A stretch of 64,000 bases of DNA, taken from positions 124,001 to 188,000 of the forward strand of contig OZ037846.1 in the NCBI GenBank assembly GCA_964035575.1, in the 5' to 3' direction. The stretch comes from Rhynchopus sp. YZ270_cl-10. Its lineage: Eukaryota. Below, in pieces: positions 47,301-59,632 of this stretch. The notes beneath the pieces were generated by a model. It was given only the letters and a program-made list of their open reading frames with translations. It was not told the origin of the DNA and ran no database searches. Each line of letters starts with the position of its first letter. Position 1 is the stretch's first letter. A program made the position numbers and the translations under genes.

Positions 47301-50300
47301 AGTTTCCAAACAGAGGTTTGTCCAGAACCTGGACACCACGCGCCTCAGCGGCTTTGATCATGTCGTCAGCGCCGATTGCGGTGCGCAGCTGGTCGTACTG
47401 CGTGGTGCTCATGACCTGCGGGGTGGAGTAAATGTAGCGCTTCACGCCTTCCTCGCATGGTGGTGCCGAGTGCGATCCGTCATATGCGAAGAGTGCACGG
47501 TCAGTGGGAAGTACCTGAGACAAATCCAACACAGTGAGGAACGACGCAGAGGCTCTCGCTGTGATTGGTTCAAACGGGTTTTCAAAATGCTTTTCCGGAG
47601 AAATCGGGGGCAGCGGAAGCTTGTCAAAGAAAGCCTTCAGCCACGAACTTTCACTTTGCGTGCGCACCTGGAAGAAGACGCTCACCACAACGTACTTCGT
47701 ACCAGACAGCGCTGTGGTTCCCTGCGAGACCGCAACCTGGTGGTACAACATCACTTCCATGCTGTACTTTCCTCCCTCGATTGTGTGCTCGCTTGGTGTG
47801 TGGAACTCAATGTGGGACAAAACGTACTTCCGGTTCGATTGGTTGGGGTCTTCGATCCATCCGGGGCTCTGCATGAAGGTCATTTTAAGCTTCGCCATGT
47901 CGTTCTCGATTCTGTAAGTGTTCTCCGTCCCGGTAGCGGAGTAGGTGTACGAAAGGTCCTGGAGGGTGCTGTCGATGAAGGGGACGTCCAAGGCAATGGG
48001 CGACTGCTCCTGCCCAGCGCAGGTCGGGTACATTTGTGTTGTGCTCTTCGAATCCTGCAGGCTTGCCCACAGGGTTGGTCCACGGTTGTTGACTTCAGCA
48101 TAGTGCCATGGATGCACCGCACCCACACCGCACGTTGCCGAGGCCGTTTGGATCGGTGAATCTGTTGCTCCCGTTATCTTTCCCATCGGAGGGACACCTC
48201 CGGTACTCTTCATTCGTACCTGACGCGCTTTGAGGGGTTGTGCAGGACGGACGTTGCCGACCTGCGTGCAGGGGAGAATGTTGACACCAGCCTTGGCAGC
48301 TTCGCTCGCTTCTTGGCCGAGACCCAGCGCATTGCGCAACTCAGATACCTGCGACTCGGAGATACGCTGCGGGTTGGAGTACACGTACCACCTCTTCCCT
48401 TCTGTGCACGGTGGAGCCGTCTCTGACCCTTCGTAGGTGAAGTACTCTTTGCTAGCGGGAAGTGCGTTGGCGATGTCCAAGGTGCGTTCGAGAACCTGCT
48501 TGTTGTTTTGGAAGAGCTGGTAAGGGTTACCATAGAGAGATTCCTGCGAGACAGGGTCGCTCGGCATGCTCCCCCAGAAGGCGTCGATCCATTCGTTCTT
48601 GGTGTCCCCCTGGGATTCGAAGAAAACAGAAATCCCAACAAATTCAGGTCCCACAGCAGACCCCGGCTGTCCGGTCGCCTTTTTATGAGAAATCTGCATT
48701 TCCGCATCAAAATGCCTCCCCCCTACAGTATGCTCGCTTGGCGCTTTGAAAGTAATACCGGTTACCTCATACCGGGTGTCGCCATTGTTAGGGTCTTGCA
48801 TAGCTCCCATGGAGCCTGCTTTGAACTCAAGATGAACAGAAGCCTGGTTGTTTACTACAGTGTACGTCGCGCCTTGGCTGTATTTATAGACTAAAGCCTT
48901 GAGTGCGTTGTCCACAACCGCCTCTTCCATGTTGGCAGGGCTTTGTTGAGTTCCGGTGTTGCAGGTAGGGTAGAGGGGTGCGCCTGCAGGGGCGGTGACG
49001 GTACTCCATTGGGAAGGCCCTCTGCTGTTTGCTTCCGTGTAGAGCCAGGGCTGTTGGGTGGCAGGTTCCTCGCAGGTTCCTGAGGTGGAGATGGCAGACC
49101 ATCCACCGGTTTTGGTTGCGCCAGACACAATGCCAGTGGGGGCGACACCTGCGTCGCTGCTCATCTTGATTGTTCTGGTGTTCAAAGGTTGGGTCGGGCG
49201 GTTGTTGCCAAAGGTTGTGCAGGGTTTCGGGTGGTACCCCTTCTTCGCAGCCTCCGTCAATTCTCCAGTCAAATTGAGGGATTGGCGATAATTATTCAGT
49301 TGTGTTTGACTAATTCCGACCGGAGTGGTGTAGACGTACCACTTCACACCTTCTGTGCATGGAGGCTCTGTGAAGGAGCCGTCATAAGTGAAATACTCTC
49401 TCGATGAAGGAAGTGAGGCATGCACATTGAGCGGTACTTCGATGACAGTTGAGGAGCGTTTGTGGAACCCTGCGTAAGGGGTTTGGTGCGCGAACTCTGC
49501 CGTCAGAGGGGTGGTCTGGAGGAAGGCCCAGAAGGATTCCAGCCATGGGTTGTCCAGCGCCGTCACTTCAAACAGAACTGTTACCACCAAATCACGGTAC
49601 TTCGAAAACCCCTCGACCCCTTGCGGCTGCACAGCGGGGCCAGACTCTCTGTGCACAATGTGCATCTCCATGTCATAGAGACCGCCGTTCACAGAGTGTT
49701 CACTGGGGCTGTGGAAGTGGAGGTTGTGCAGATCGTAGCGCTTCATGCCTAGGTTAGGATCGGTGATGTGCCCGTTGGTTCCGTCTGTGTTTTCGAAGGA
49801 AACTCTGCCGTTCTTTTGGTTGTTTTCGACGACGTAACCGACCTGCTGGGGGTATGTGTATTCCAACGCCTTTAACGTTTCGTCGAGCTGTGCAGCCGAG
49901 ATGTCAACAGGGGATTGCTCCTTCGAGTTGCCTGCAGCGCAGTCAGGGTAGAGGGGTGCCGCTCCTACGGTCTCGGTCATGGCACCCCAGCTGGTTGGTC
50001 CGCGGTTGTCACCTTCGGTGTACAGCCACGGCAGTACTGAGCACCGTTCGTCGTCAAAATGCACGGAGGTGACCGGACCGCTTGCTTCCTTCGCGACGGT
50101 GCCGCTCTTCTTCAAGACTCTGGTGTTGACCGGCTGCACCGGACGGTTGTTGCCAAAGGTGGAGCATTTGCTAGGGGAGAACCCCATGCCCTTCGCGGTG
50201 GTCAGCTCCTCTTCGAAGCCCATGAGTTCCCTGAAGAGTGCCAGCTGCTTGCGGCCGACCTCGAGAGGCGTGGTGTAGACGTACCACTGCACACCTTCCG

Positions 50301-53300
50301 TGCAGGGTGGTACCGTGATGCTGCCGGCGTAGGTGATGAACTCCGATGCGGGTGGGATCAGTTCTTGTGCGGAGAAGGTGGTCTGCACTTCGGCAGTCTG
50401 GCTCGTGAAGGATTGCCATGCGGAGGTGTACAGCGTGCTTGGCTGCAGCGGGGTGGGTCGCATGTGCTGAAAGAACTTCTCAAGAACCGGGTTGTCCGCC
50501 TCGCGAACCTGAAACAGCACCGCAACGGAGACCCGCTTCACTTCGTCGTGAATGTTCGCGTTTGCTGGCTGGCCGATTGCCTCGCGGTGATGGAATTGGA
50601 CCTCCATATCGTACAGACCCCCTTCAATCGCATGCTCCGAAGGTGCGTGGAACTCTATGTGGTTCAACTCAAACCTCTTCGACCCGAGGTTCGGATCCTG
50701 TACGTATCCTAACGACCTCGCGTCGGTGCAGGCAATGGGGGAGGGTGTCCTGTCTGGCGGTTCTGCCTGCGCATTGGCAGACCGCTTGGTGGTGGTTCCA
50801 GTGTGCCAAGGGGCGGCCCGCACGGTGATGACCTGAGACCGCTGGTTGTTCTCGACGTTCATCTCGCAGATGGTGTTGTAGCTGAAGACGAGGGGTTGGA
50901 GGTTGAGGTCCGTCACCATGTGTGTAGCGTTCATATTCAGCGGCGACTGCTGCTCCCCTGCCGTGCAGGTAGGGAACAGCGCCGCACCACCCCCTTGCGA
51001 GGTCAGCGTCCCCCAGTTCTCCGGGCCCCTCTGGGCGACGTCGGCGTACCCCCAGGGCTGGTAGCCGGTGCCTCCTGCACCACAGTCTCCTTGCCCACCA
51101 CCTTGGCTGACGTCAACCAGCTGGACCACATCCGAGGTGCTAGTTGTGATGGTCGTCCCAGCAGGAATGTTCGCCGGAGGGGGCTCTGTGGCGCCCTGCA
51201 CTGCTCCTTCATGCGCAACACCGGATTTGCTGTACATACTCACAGTTCTCCCATTCGCAACCTGCACAGGACGGTTGTTCCCATAGGTCTCGCAGGTGGC
51301 TGCGGTGAATTGGTTTTTCTTGGCCTCGGAAAGCTCGTCGTTGAACCCCATTTTGCTTTTAAACTGCGCTAGCTGCCCTGCACTGATCCCTGACGGCGTC
51401 GTGTACACATACCACTGTACCCCCTCTGTACACGGCGGGGCAGTCTTCGACCCCGTGTAAGAAAAGAAGTCCTGCACCTTGGGGAGGCCTCCGGTAAGGT
51501 CTACGGCTGGGCTAATAGGGCCGCTGATGCGTGGTTCGATACTGTCCTGTGGGTTTGCGAAGAGCGTGGAGGGGGTGACGGGGAGGTTCTGAAGGGAGCC
51601 CCAGAAGGCAGAGAGGAAGATGTTGTCGGTAGCCTCGGTCTCGAAGAGAACCGACACATGAAGCCATTTTGTGGAGGCAAACGACTGAGCCGAGGTCGGC
51701 TGCGAGCCATCCGCTTCGTGAACCATGATCAACTCCAGCTGCCTCAACCCTGTCCCCACCGCATGCTGCGACGGTGCGTGCAACTGAAACTCCACCAAAT
51801 TGAACTTCATATTCCCCATATTCGGATTCGTGATATACCCTGGGGACGTCGTGAATACCACCTTCATCATGTTTTGCCAATTCTGCACAGTGAACTCTCT
51901 TCCCTGCACGTAGGAGTACACCAACGGCACTAGCGTCTCATCAATTCGCGCCTTATCAATGCGAACAGGAGACTGAGAGACACCCGAGCCGCAGGTAGGG
52001 AACAAAAGCGTGTTGGTGGTAGGGCTTTTGATGGCGCCCCATGAGGTAGGTCCGCGGTTGAGGACGTCCGCGTACAGCCAGGTCTGGTCTTTGCAGTCGA
52101 CATCCGTCTGATGCGCGGAAAACACCTTTCCAGGAGTGTTCGCTGCCGCCTCCGTTCTCTTCACAACACGCGTCCCCAGGGGTTGGATCGGACGGTTGTT
52201 CCCAAACGTCGCGCACCTCTGAGGGATGAACCCCTTCTCCTGCGCCACCTTCAACTCCCCGGTGTAATTCATTGCCCCTGATATCGCCGCAATCTGTGTC
52301 AAGGACATCGTATTGGCGGTGGTGAAGACGTACCACCTCGCCTTCTCCGTGCACGGCGGCTGTGTCAACGAGCCATCATACGTATAGTACCCTCTGTCTG
52401 CCGGCAGCCCTTTCGCAAGACTGAGAGGTTCCGAAAGACCGGTCCGTTTTGTCGCCTGAAACTCACCATACGGGGAGGTGTACTGTTCGTCGAGGCTTCT
52501 TGGGCGTTGTTGGAGTTGTCCCCAAAGATCTTTGAGGAATTCATGATCAGGTCCATCAGCCTTGAACAACACCGCAACACCAAGGTATTTTGAGTCCGCA
52601 GAAACACCACTAACCTGCCCTGTGGAGTCGCGGTGCATCAGCTGCATTTCCATTTCGTAGTGGCCTCCTTCGATGGAATGTTCGGACGGCGTTCTGAAGA
52701 CGACGTGCGTTAATTCATAACGTTTTTGGGTGTTTGTATCAACGACGTACCCAGCAGGGGTGGCGAAGGTTACGAAAATGGCGGCGCCGTCGTTTTGAAT
52801 GGTGTAGCCCGTTGCAGTGCCATATTGGAAGTCGAGCGGGGCGAGGGTTTTGTCGACGACAGACGCGCCGGTGGAGAGGCTGATGGGGCTTTGTTCTGCG
52901 CCTCCACAGGAAGGGTAGAGGGGGATGCCAGAGTTCTGTGCTGCGACGGTGGACCAGCGGGCAGGGCCACGCTCGCTCACCTCAGCGTAGAGCCATGGCT
53001 GTTGGAGGATGTCGTCGCAGGTTTGTTTGGTTGCAACAATCGAGGTGTCCGTCGCTCCTACTACCGACCCCACCTCGGCAATGCCCGACACAGAGTACAT
53101 GCGCACAACACGGCCGTTGAGGGCTTGAACCGGACGGTTGTTCCCAAACACCTCGCAGTTGTCAATCGGAAACCCAAAAGAGGCTGCCACTGCTGCTTCC
53201 TCGACGAGCCCCAGCTTCTCCCTCAACAACGCAACCTGCGCCGCCGTGGTCGATATTGTGTGCGCGTAGACGTACCACTTCACGCTCTGCGCGCACCCAT

Positions 53301-54027
53301 CAATAGGAGACGTGAACGATCCGTCATACGTAAAATACTCTCTTTCCTTCGACGACTGCCTAATAGTACTCCAAGGAACCGGCAGGATCGAGGTCATATC
53401 GAGAGGGGTCACTCCGGTGTTCGAGGTTTCCGTAAATTCGCTGAAGTCCGTTGAATAGAGGTTCGCGGCAGAGATCGGCACCGACGGAATCTTATCAAGA
53501 AACGACGTGAAGAAGGTATGCTCCACAGAGGACTTTGTGTTCACAAGAATCGCGGTGATGAGCGTCACAAACTGAGGATACGCAGACGCAGCATCGGGTT
53601 GCCCTGTTGCCGACGCTGTATGGACAAGCTGCAATTCTACGTCAGAAAGACCTTCTTCGACCGAATGCTCGGCAGGTGCATGGATGTCGATATATTTCAA
53701 ATCGAATTTCTTCCCTCCCAGGTTGAAGTCACTAAGCGAGCCAGCATCAGAAGTAAACTCAATGCGTACGAACGCACGCAAATGCCTTACGGTGTAGTCC
53801 GAGGTCGTCACATAGGCGTACAGCAACGGCAGCAGGGTGTCGTCAATCACAGCCTCCTCAATCTGAATCGGCGACTGCTGGTTCCCCGCGCAGTCGCCGT
53901 ACAGGACGTCCCCAGTGTTCGTGTGGCGCATGGTCCCCCACTGTGCAGGGCCACGGTTCGAGACGGTACTATACAACCACGGCTGTGTAATGCCCATAGC
54001 GGCCGCAGCAAGCAGATGAAGAAGCAT
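44338..54027 (-). CDS. Giant type I membrane protein, ~2,984 aa: signal peptide, 7 alpha-carbonic anhydrase domains, stalk, TM, 3 Tudor/agenet-like repeats; exons 54027-46645, 46438-46252, 46182-45980, 45654-45331, 45195-44338
   Basis: Seven copies of W.Y...RGP..W / QSP / SEH / Y.GS.T.PPC.E.V.W / N.RP.Q. Four GTATG..CAG introns join the exons in frame (8955 nt). TM WWFWLIIAGAVLLCLICIIIL is followed by CCCC. Confidence 0.9.
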
Positions 54028-54415
54028 TTTATACAATAAATAAAACTTTGAAGAAAGGTGTGTGTGGAGGAGGAGGGGGGGGGAAAGCAGTGCTGCCCCT
54101 CCTGTCTGTGTGGGGGGAAATTGGATGATGGGGGTGTTTTTGCGTATCGACGAACTGTAGCACGACAACGAAAACTGGGAATACGAACAGCAAAAAAAAG
54201 TGAAAATAGAACTTTTTTTTCTTCATGGGTTGGGAACGCGCATGACATGTTTTGAAGTGGCTGTCCGCTAAAGGGAGCAGAGAGCAAGATAGAGAGGGGG
54301 TCAACCAGATAAAAGATAAAACAAAAAAAAGTTTTGCGTTCCTCGTGTTCTTGTCGTTGTCCCTTTCCAGGTTGTGAGGTGAGTGGTGGGTGCGATAGCG
54401 GACAGGCGCAATACC

Positions 54416-56668
54416 TTATTGCGCAAAGACTCCCCTACGGTGCTCGAGGAGAACCTGCACCACACCTGCATGTCCTTTCACCCTCGCATAATCCCTTGCA
54501 GTGTGGCCCAACAAATTTCTGTGGTTCACATCCACCTCTGGCAAGCCCACAAGATAGCGCACAGTCTCGGTGTGTCCATGACAAGCCGCAACGCTGAGGC
54601 ATCTGTCACTCTTGCCATCCACCGCACACACGTCCGCACCTGCTTCGACCAACATCTGCACAATTTCAGGATTTCCCACCATACAAGCACGGTGAAGAGG
54701 CGAACGTCCATTGTCGTTCTTTGCTTCGACGTCTGCCCCCGCATCAATGAGCACCTTCACCACATCTGAGTGGTTCTCAAACACTGCGCGGTGCAGTGAA
54801 GTGTAGCCCCTGTTATTTAAGTGATTCATGTCCACTTCTGGCAAGCCCACAAGATAGCGCACAGTCTCGGTGTGTCCCTCATATGATGCACACATAAGAC
54901 ACGTATATCCCTTGTTGTCTGTGGCACGCACTTCTGCACCTGCTTTCACCAACAGCTTCACAACGTCGAGTCCTCTCGAAAGGTGCAGAGGCGAACTTCC
55001 CGTGTCATCATCCTTTGCCTCGATGTCTGCCCCTGCATCAATGAGCACCTCCATCACATCTGCATGATTGTGATTAGCTGCGCAGTGCAACGCAGTGAGG
55101 CCTTTGTTATTCTTGCGATTCACGTCCACCTGTGGCAAACCCACAAGATAGCGCACAGTCTCGGTGTGTCCACGATAGGTCGCAAAGATAAGACATGTGG
55201 TTCCTTCGTTGCTTGTGGCACGTACTCCTGCACCTGCTTTCACCAACATCTTCACAATCTGGAGATTCGCACTGCTTGCCACGAGGAGTGGCGAACGTCC
55301 ATCGTTGCCCTTTCGCTCAATATCTGCCCCCGCATCAATGAGCACCTCCACCACATCTGCATGCTTTTTACGTACTGCAGAGAACAACGCAGAGCGGCCG
55401 TCGTCAGATATGTGATTCACGTCCACATCCTTCAAGCCCACAAGATAGCGCACAGTCTCGGTGTGTCCCTCATATGATGCACACATAAGACACGTATATC
55501 CCTTGTTGTCTGTGGCACGCACTTCTGCACCTGCTTTCACCAACAGCTTCGCAACGTCGAGTCCTCTCGAAAGGTGCAGAGGCGAACTTCCCGTGTCATC
55601 ATCCTTTGCCTCGATGTCTGCCCCTGCATCAATGAGCACCTCCATCGCATCTGCCTGGTTGTGATTAGCTGCGCAGTGCAACGCAGTGAGGCCTTTGTTA
55701 TTCTTGTGATTCACGTCCACCTGTGGCAAGCCCACAAGATAGCGCACAGTCTCGGTGTGTCCACGATAGGTCGCAAAGATAAGACATGTGTTTCCTTCGT
55801 TGCTTGTGGCACGTACTCCTGCACCTGCTTTCACCAACATTTTCACAATCTGGAGATTCGCACTGCTTGCCACGAGGAGCGAACGTCCATCGTCGCCCTT
55901 TCGCTCAATATCTGCCCCTGCATCAATGAGCACCTTCACCACATCTGCATGCTCTTGACGTACTGCAGAGACCAACGCAGAGCGGCCGTCGTCAGATATG
56001 TGATTCACGTCCACATCCTTCAAGCCCACAAGATAGCGCACAGTCTCGGTGTGTCCATGGTGTGACGCACACATAAGACACGTATATCCCTCGTTGTCTG
56101 TGGCACGCACTTCTGCACTTGCTTTCACCAACAGCTTCACAACGTCGAGTGCTCCTGAACGGCAAGCCCAGTGCAGAGGCGAACGTCCCATATCATCCTT
56201 TGTTTCGATGTCTGCCCCTACATCACTGAGCACCTGACACACTGCAGGGTCCGCCCACATGGCTGGACAGGCACGCCCTTCTAAATCCTCCTGCCCGTGT
56301 GGGACCATCGCCACGTTGCTGCAGACTGACTTCCAATACTGCAAGAGGACCTCCGTGCACATCCACGCAGTGTGGTCTGCGTGGACGCACTCACTCAGCA
56401 AGATCCCGAAGGCCATCTGCGTTGTCTCAACATACGGAAGAAGCAGTGCGAGGCATTCATCGTGGTTCCCTCTGCATGCCTCGTGCACAGCATCGAATGA
56501 CACTGTTTTGCTGTCTGTGTCTGGGCTGAGCTTCTCAAGTCCCGCCCGCACAGCAGTCATGTCCCCCTTCTTGGAAGCCTCCACCAAGACCTCGTCTGCA
56601 GAAATCTTTGTACTCTTTGGTGGGTTCTCGTCCAATGCAGTGTCCACAGCCACGTGTCGCTTCGACAT
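54416..56668 (-). CDS. Ankyrin-repeat protein, 750 aa, with a near-identical internal ~591-nt block duplication
   Basis: Many GRSPLH.A / GHTETVRYLV / LIDAGAD repeats; intact ORF. Confidence 0.95.
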   Translation of the reverse strand: MSKRHVAVDTALDENPPKSTKISADEVLVEASKKGDMTAVRAGLEKLSPDTDSKTVSFDAVHEACRGNHDECLALLLPYVETTQMAFGILLSECVHADHTAWMCTEVLLQYWKSVCSNVAMVPHGQEDLEGRACPAMWADPAVCQVLSDVGADIETKDDMGRSPLHWACRSGALDVVKLLVKASAEVRATDNEGYTCLMCASHHGHTETVRYLVGLKDVDVNHISDDGRSALVSAVRQEHADVVKVLIDAGADIERKGDDGRSLLVASSANLQIVKMLVKAGAGVRATSNEGNTCLIFATYRGHTETVRYLVGLPQVDVNHKNNKGLTALHCAANHNQADAMEVLIDAGADIEAKDDDTGSSPLHLSRGLDVAKLLVKAGAEVRATDNKGYTCLMCASYEGHTETVRYLVGLKDVDVNHISDDGRSALFSAVRKKHADVVEVLIDAGADIERKGNDGRSPLLVASSANLQIVKMLVKAGAGVRATSNEGTTCLIFATYRGHTETVRYLVGLPQVDVNRKNNKGLTALHCAANHNHADVMEVLIDAGADIEAKDDDTGSSPLHLSRGLDVVKLLVKAGAEVRATDNKGYTCLMCASYEGHTETVRYLVGLPEVDMNHLNNRGYTSLHRAVFENHSDVVKVLIDAGADVEAKNDNGRSPLHRACMVGNPEIVQMLVEAGADVCAVDGKSDRCLSVAACHGHTETVRYLVGLPEVDVNHRNLLGHTARDYARVKGHAGVVQVLLEHRRGVFAQ

Positions 56669-57462
56669 GGTTTTTATTTAGTATGCTGGCGGGCGGTGTG
56701 TTTTTCTCTCCACATTGAGGGCTAACAAACGACCCTTTAACAAAACTGAGTTCTGACAGTTCGTTTGAGCACCTGGTGCGCTGTGTGCATGCAGATACCT
56801 GCTGTGACACTTAGACAAACTCAATTTGCAGGTCCTAACAGGGCCTATAAGTTAAGAAGCAGTCATTCCACTTCGAGCACTCGTTCCTTTGCCATCACTT
56901 CCAAGGTCCATTGGGCCCCGTCGTGGGTCCAAGTATGTCAAGGGGTTCCGACCTAGGGGCTATCAAATGGGGTAACATTAGGATTTTTTTCAAATAAAAA
57001 ACGTGTTTCTGTGTTCTGATGAAATCAACCCCACAGCCCCATAAAAATGAGCCCAAAAACCCCGATTTTGGGGTGATACTCCTGGGGGGTGGGGTGGAAA
57101 TCAGAAGTGCCTCGTGCCTGGGTCGGAAGACCTTTGGCAAAACGTGACAGTGTGTACCTTTGGTACATCTGCACCGGGTGGAAACAAGATTTTGATCCTA
57201 AACCTCTCTGTGCTTAGAACCGTTGGGAAGCGGGGGGCGCAGTGTTCGCTCTGCAACGCCACTAAAAGGTTAACATTGAAAGCAGAAGATGAACGGCGAA
57301 CCAAATACTCGCCGTGTTCCAGCTACATACCACCTTGAAGCAAGCTGTCCTCTTACCCCATCCCGTCAGTTGGCACAACAGAAGCACTTCAAAAGACAGC
57401 CACGCCCGGAAGAGGTGGGTTTATTTTGTGCTGTTCTGGAAAAAGTAAGTGTAAAAAAATAG

Positions 57463-58178
57463 CTATTTATTCGTCTGAGGAAATATTCACTTTTCCTCAC
57501 ACGAGTGTACCTTTCAGAAACGAGTGGCATTTTACCCCACGAGCGAAGCGAGTGGGATAAAGTCAGCCACGAGTTTCTGAAAGGGCACGAGTGGAGGGAA
57601 AGTGAATATTTCACCAGAATATAATAGTTTTCTCAACTGAAGGAAAAGTAGCTCTAAGCAAACCCCGTGGAAGAAGTGTGGGGTGAATATGCAGAAAAAA
57701 ATGACGATTTTTTGGTGGGAATGTTTTTCACAGAAAATCGAATTTCACTATTAAGATTGGCTCTGCTCGACACCCAGTAAGGCTACTATGGGACATTTTG
57801 GCCCGAATACCAGGCCGTATTTTCAAAAGATTGATAATCCCAGTATATGGTATAGCCCTGTGGTACCAAATTTTTGGCCGAAAAAATGGACCAAAAAATG
57901 GTCATGTTGGTCACGGTGACAAAATGTGAAGCAGAGATATCATAATGACCCACTCTCCCACCCAATTTTTTTTTTTTCGACCCCCCCTCTACTTTTCCTC
58001 ACCAAAAAAAGCCTCACACATAGGCTTTTTTCTACACAAACCCCAGCCAAAAATTATTGCTACTTTTCCAAATTGCGTGAGGAAAAGTGGCTATGTGTGA
58101 GGAAAAGTGAATTTATCCTCACACTTCTTCCACGGGGTTTGCTCAGAGCTACTTTTCCTCAGTTGAGAAAAAAAATAG
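57463..58178 (+). mobile_element. Insertion with a terminal long hairpin (apex CGAGCGAAGCGAG ~57540) and an asymmetric inverted repeat (57627-57685 / 58115-58170), flanked by direct AAAAAATAG
   Basis: Absent from the paralogous site at ~62735-62755 (GTGTAAAAAAAAAAATAGTGTAC). Confidence 0.85.
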
Positions 58179-58481
58179 TGTACTTTGTGTCCACTTCTTT
58201 CTGAGCGACCCTTCCCTCCCTCCCCCTTTTTTTGTGACAAAAAAAGGGCATTTGAAAAGAGTGTAACGGTATCCACAAAACGAGAGATAGGCGAGGAACG
58301 GCTGCGTCGCGGGGGGGAAAAAAGCGAGGTGTCTACACGTCATCAAATAATCAAAAGAAGAAACCACCCGTACCAAGAACACCTATAGGGTTGAGACGAA
58401 CCTTGCAATGACCGCACCTTTTTTTTGAAAACTTGGTTGTATTAATGTAGCCACCCTAGAGTGTGCTCCAGTATTTTCATC

Positions 58482-58588
58482 CACTCAACACACAAGCCGA
58501 TAGACGTCGTGGCTCCCTTTGTGCGGGACCAGCACATCCCCGAGGGAGGTGGTGACGTGCCCCTCTGGTGGTGCGAAGAGACACACAT
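58482..58588 (-). pseudogene. Orphan copy of the last ~35 codons of the cyclase gene (duplication breakpoint)
   Basis: Matches 63020-63124. Confidence 0.8.
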
Positions 58589-59632
58589 TGTCCAGTCACA
58601 GGTACACAGGTACACAGGTACACCACATCACGTTTTATCTCGTGCATCCCACGCTTCACAGCTGGTCTGTGAATGTGCGCTTTGTGTGGTTTTGTGTATC
58701 CCAAAGGAAGTCGTCGCCCAAAGCATTTTGACTAAACGTGTGAACGTTGTGAACCTGGAATCGATAGCAGACAGGAAAAGAGGATGGGCAGGCAGCGCCT
58801 GCCCGACCTGTGTGAAGTGAATCAGTGATTGCCTGACAGATGTCTGGGGAACCGTGTGTTCTGTGTGTATCCATGTACGGAGTATATCCCATTCCCCCCA
58901 GCAATTACCAAAAGTGCACGGTGGCCCATGGACCACCGCGACCTAGTTACCACCTATGACTAGTCATATGACAAGGTGCATGTAATGAGTGGCGTTTGGC
59001 CTTAGCCCTGGTTGTTTTTCTTGAGATTATGTGTTGTACCAACGTTACATGTGTGTAACCTTACAACGTCACCTCCCATCCCTGTATGTTTTTGCCTGTA
59101 TAAATGGGCGAGTTGTGGCCGAGTTGTGGCCGAGTTGTGCCGAGTATAGGGCGAGTTGTGCCGAGTATAGGGCGAGTTGTGGCCGAGTTGTGCGAGTTTT
59201 GGGCGAGTTGTTAGGTGAAATCGTAAAGTTCCGACAACTCGCCCAAAAACGACTCGGCGGGCACCTATGCCTAGGGGGGGGGGGGGGGGGGTTTTCGGGG
59301 TCGGGAAGAATAATAATAAATAAAAATTAATCCAAAACAAAAACTTCTCCAAAAAGGCAAGCTATTTATTCTGCCCATTTTTTTCTTTTTCTTTTTTTTT
59401 TTTTTGCTATTTTTTTCAGGCTCTCCGCTAGGATTTCCGATTTTGAAAATATTCTGTTGATGGTCCACGTTGGCTTTGCGTAAAAAGTTGGCAAATACGA
59501 ACAGCAAAAAAGTGAAAATAGAACTTTTTTTTCTTCATGGGTTGGGAACACGCATAACATTTTTTGAAGTGACTCTCCGCTAAAGGGTAACACAGAGCAA
59601 GATAGAGAGGGGGTCACCCAGATAAAAGATAA

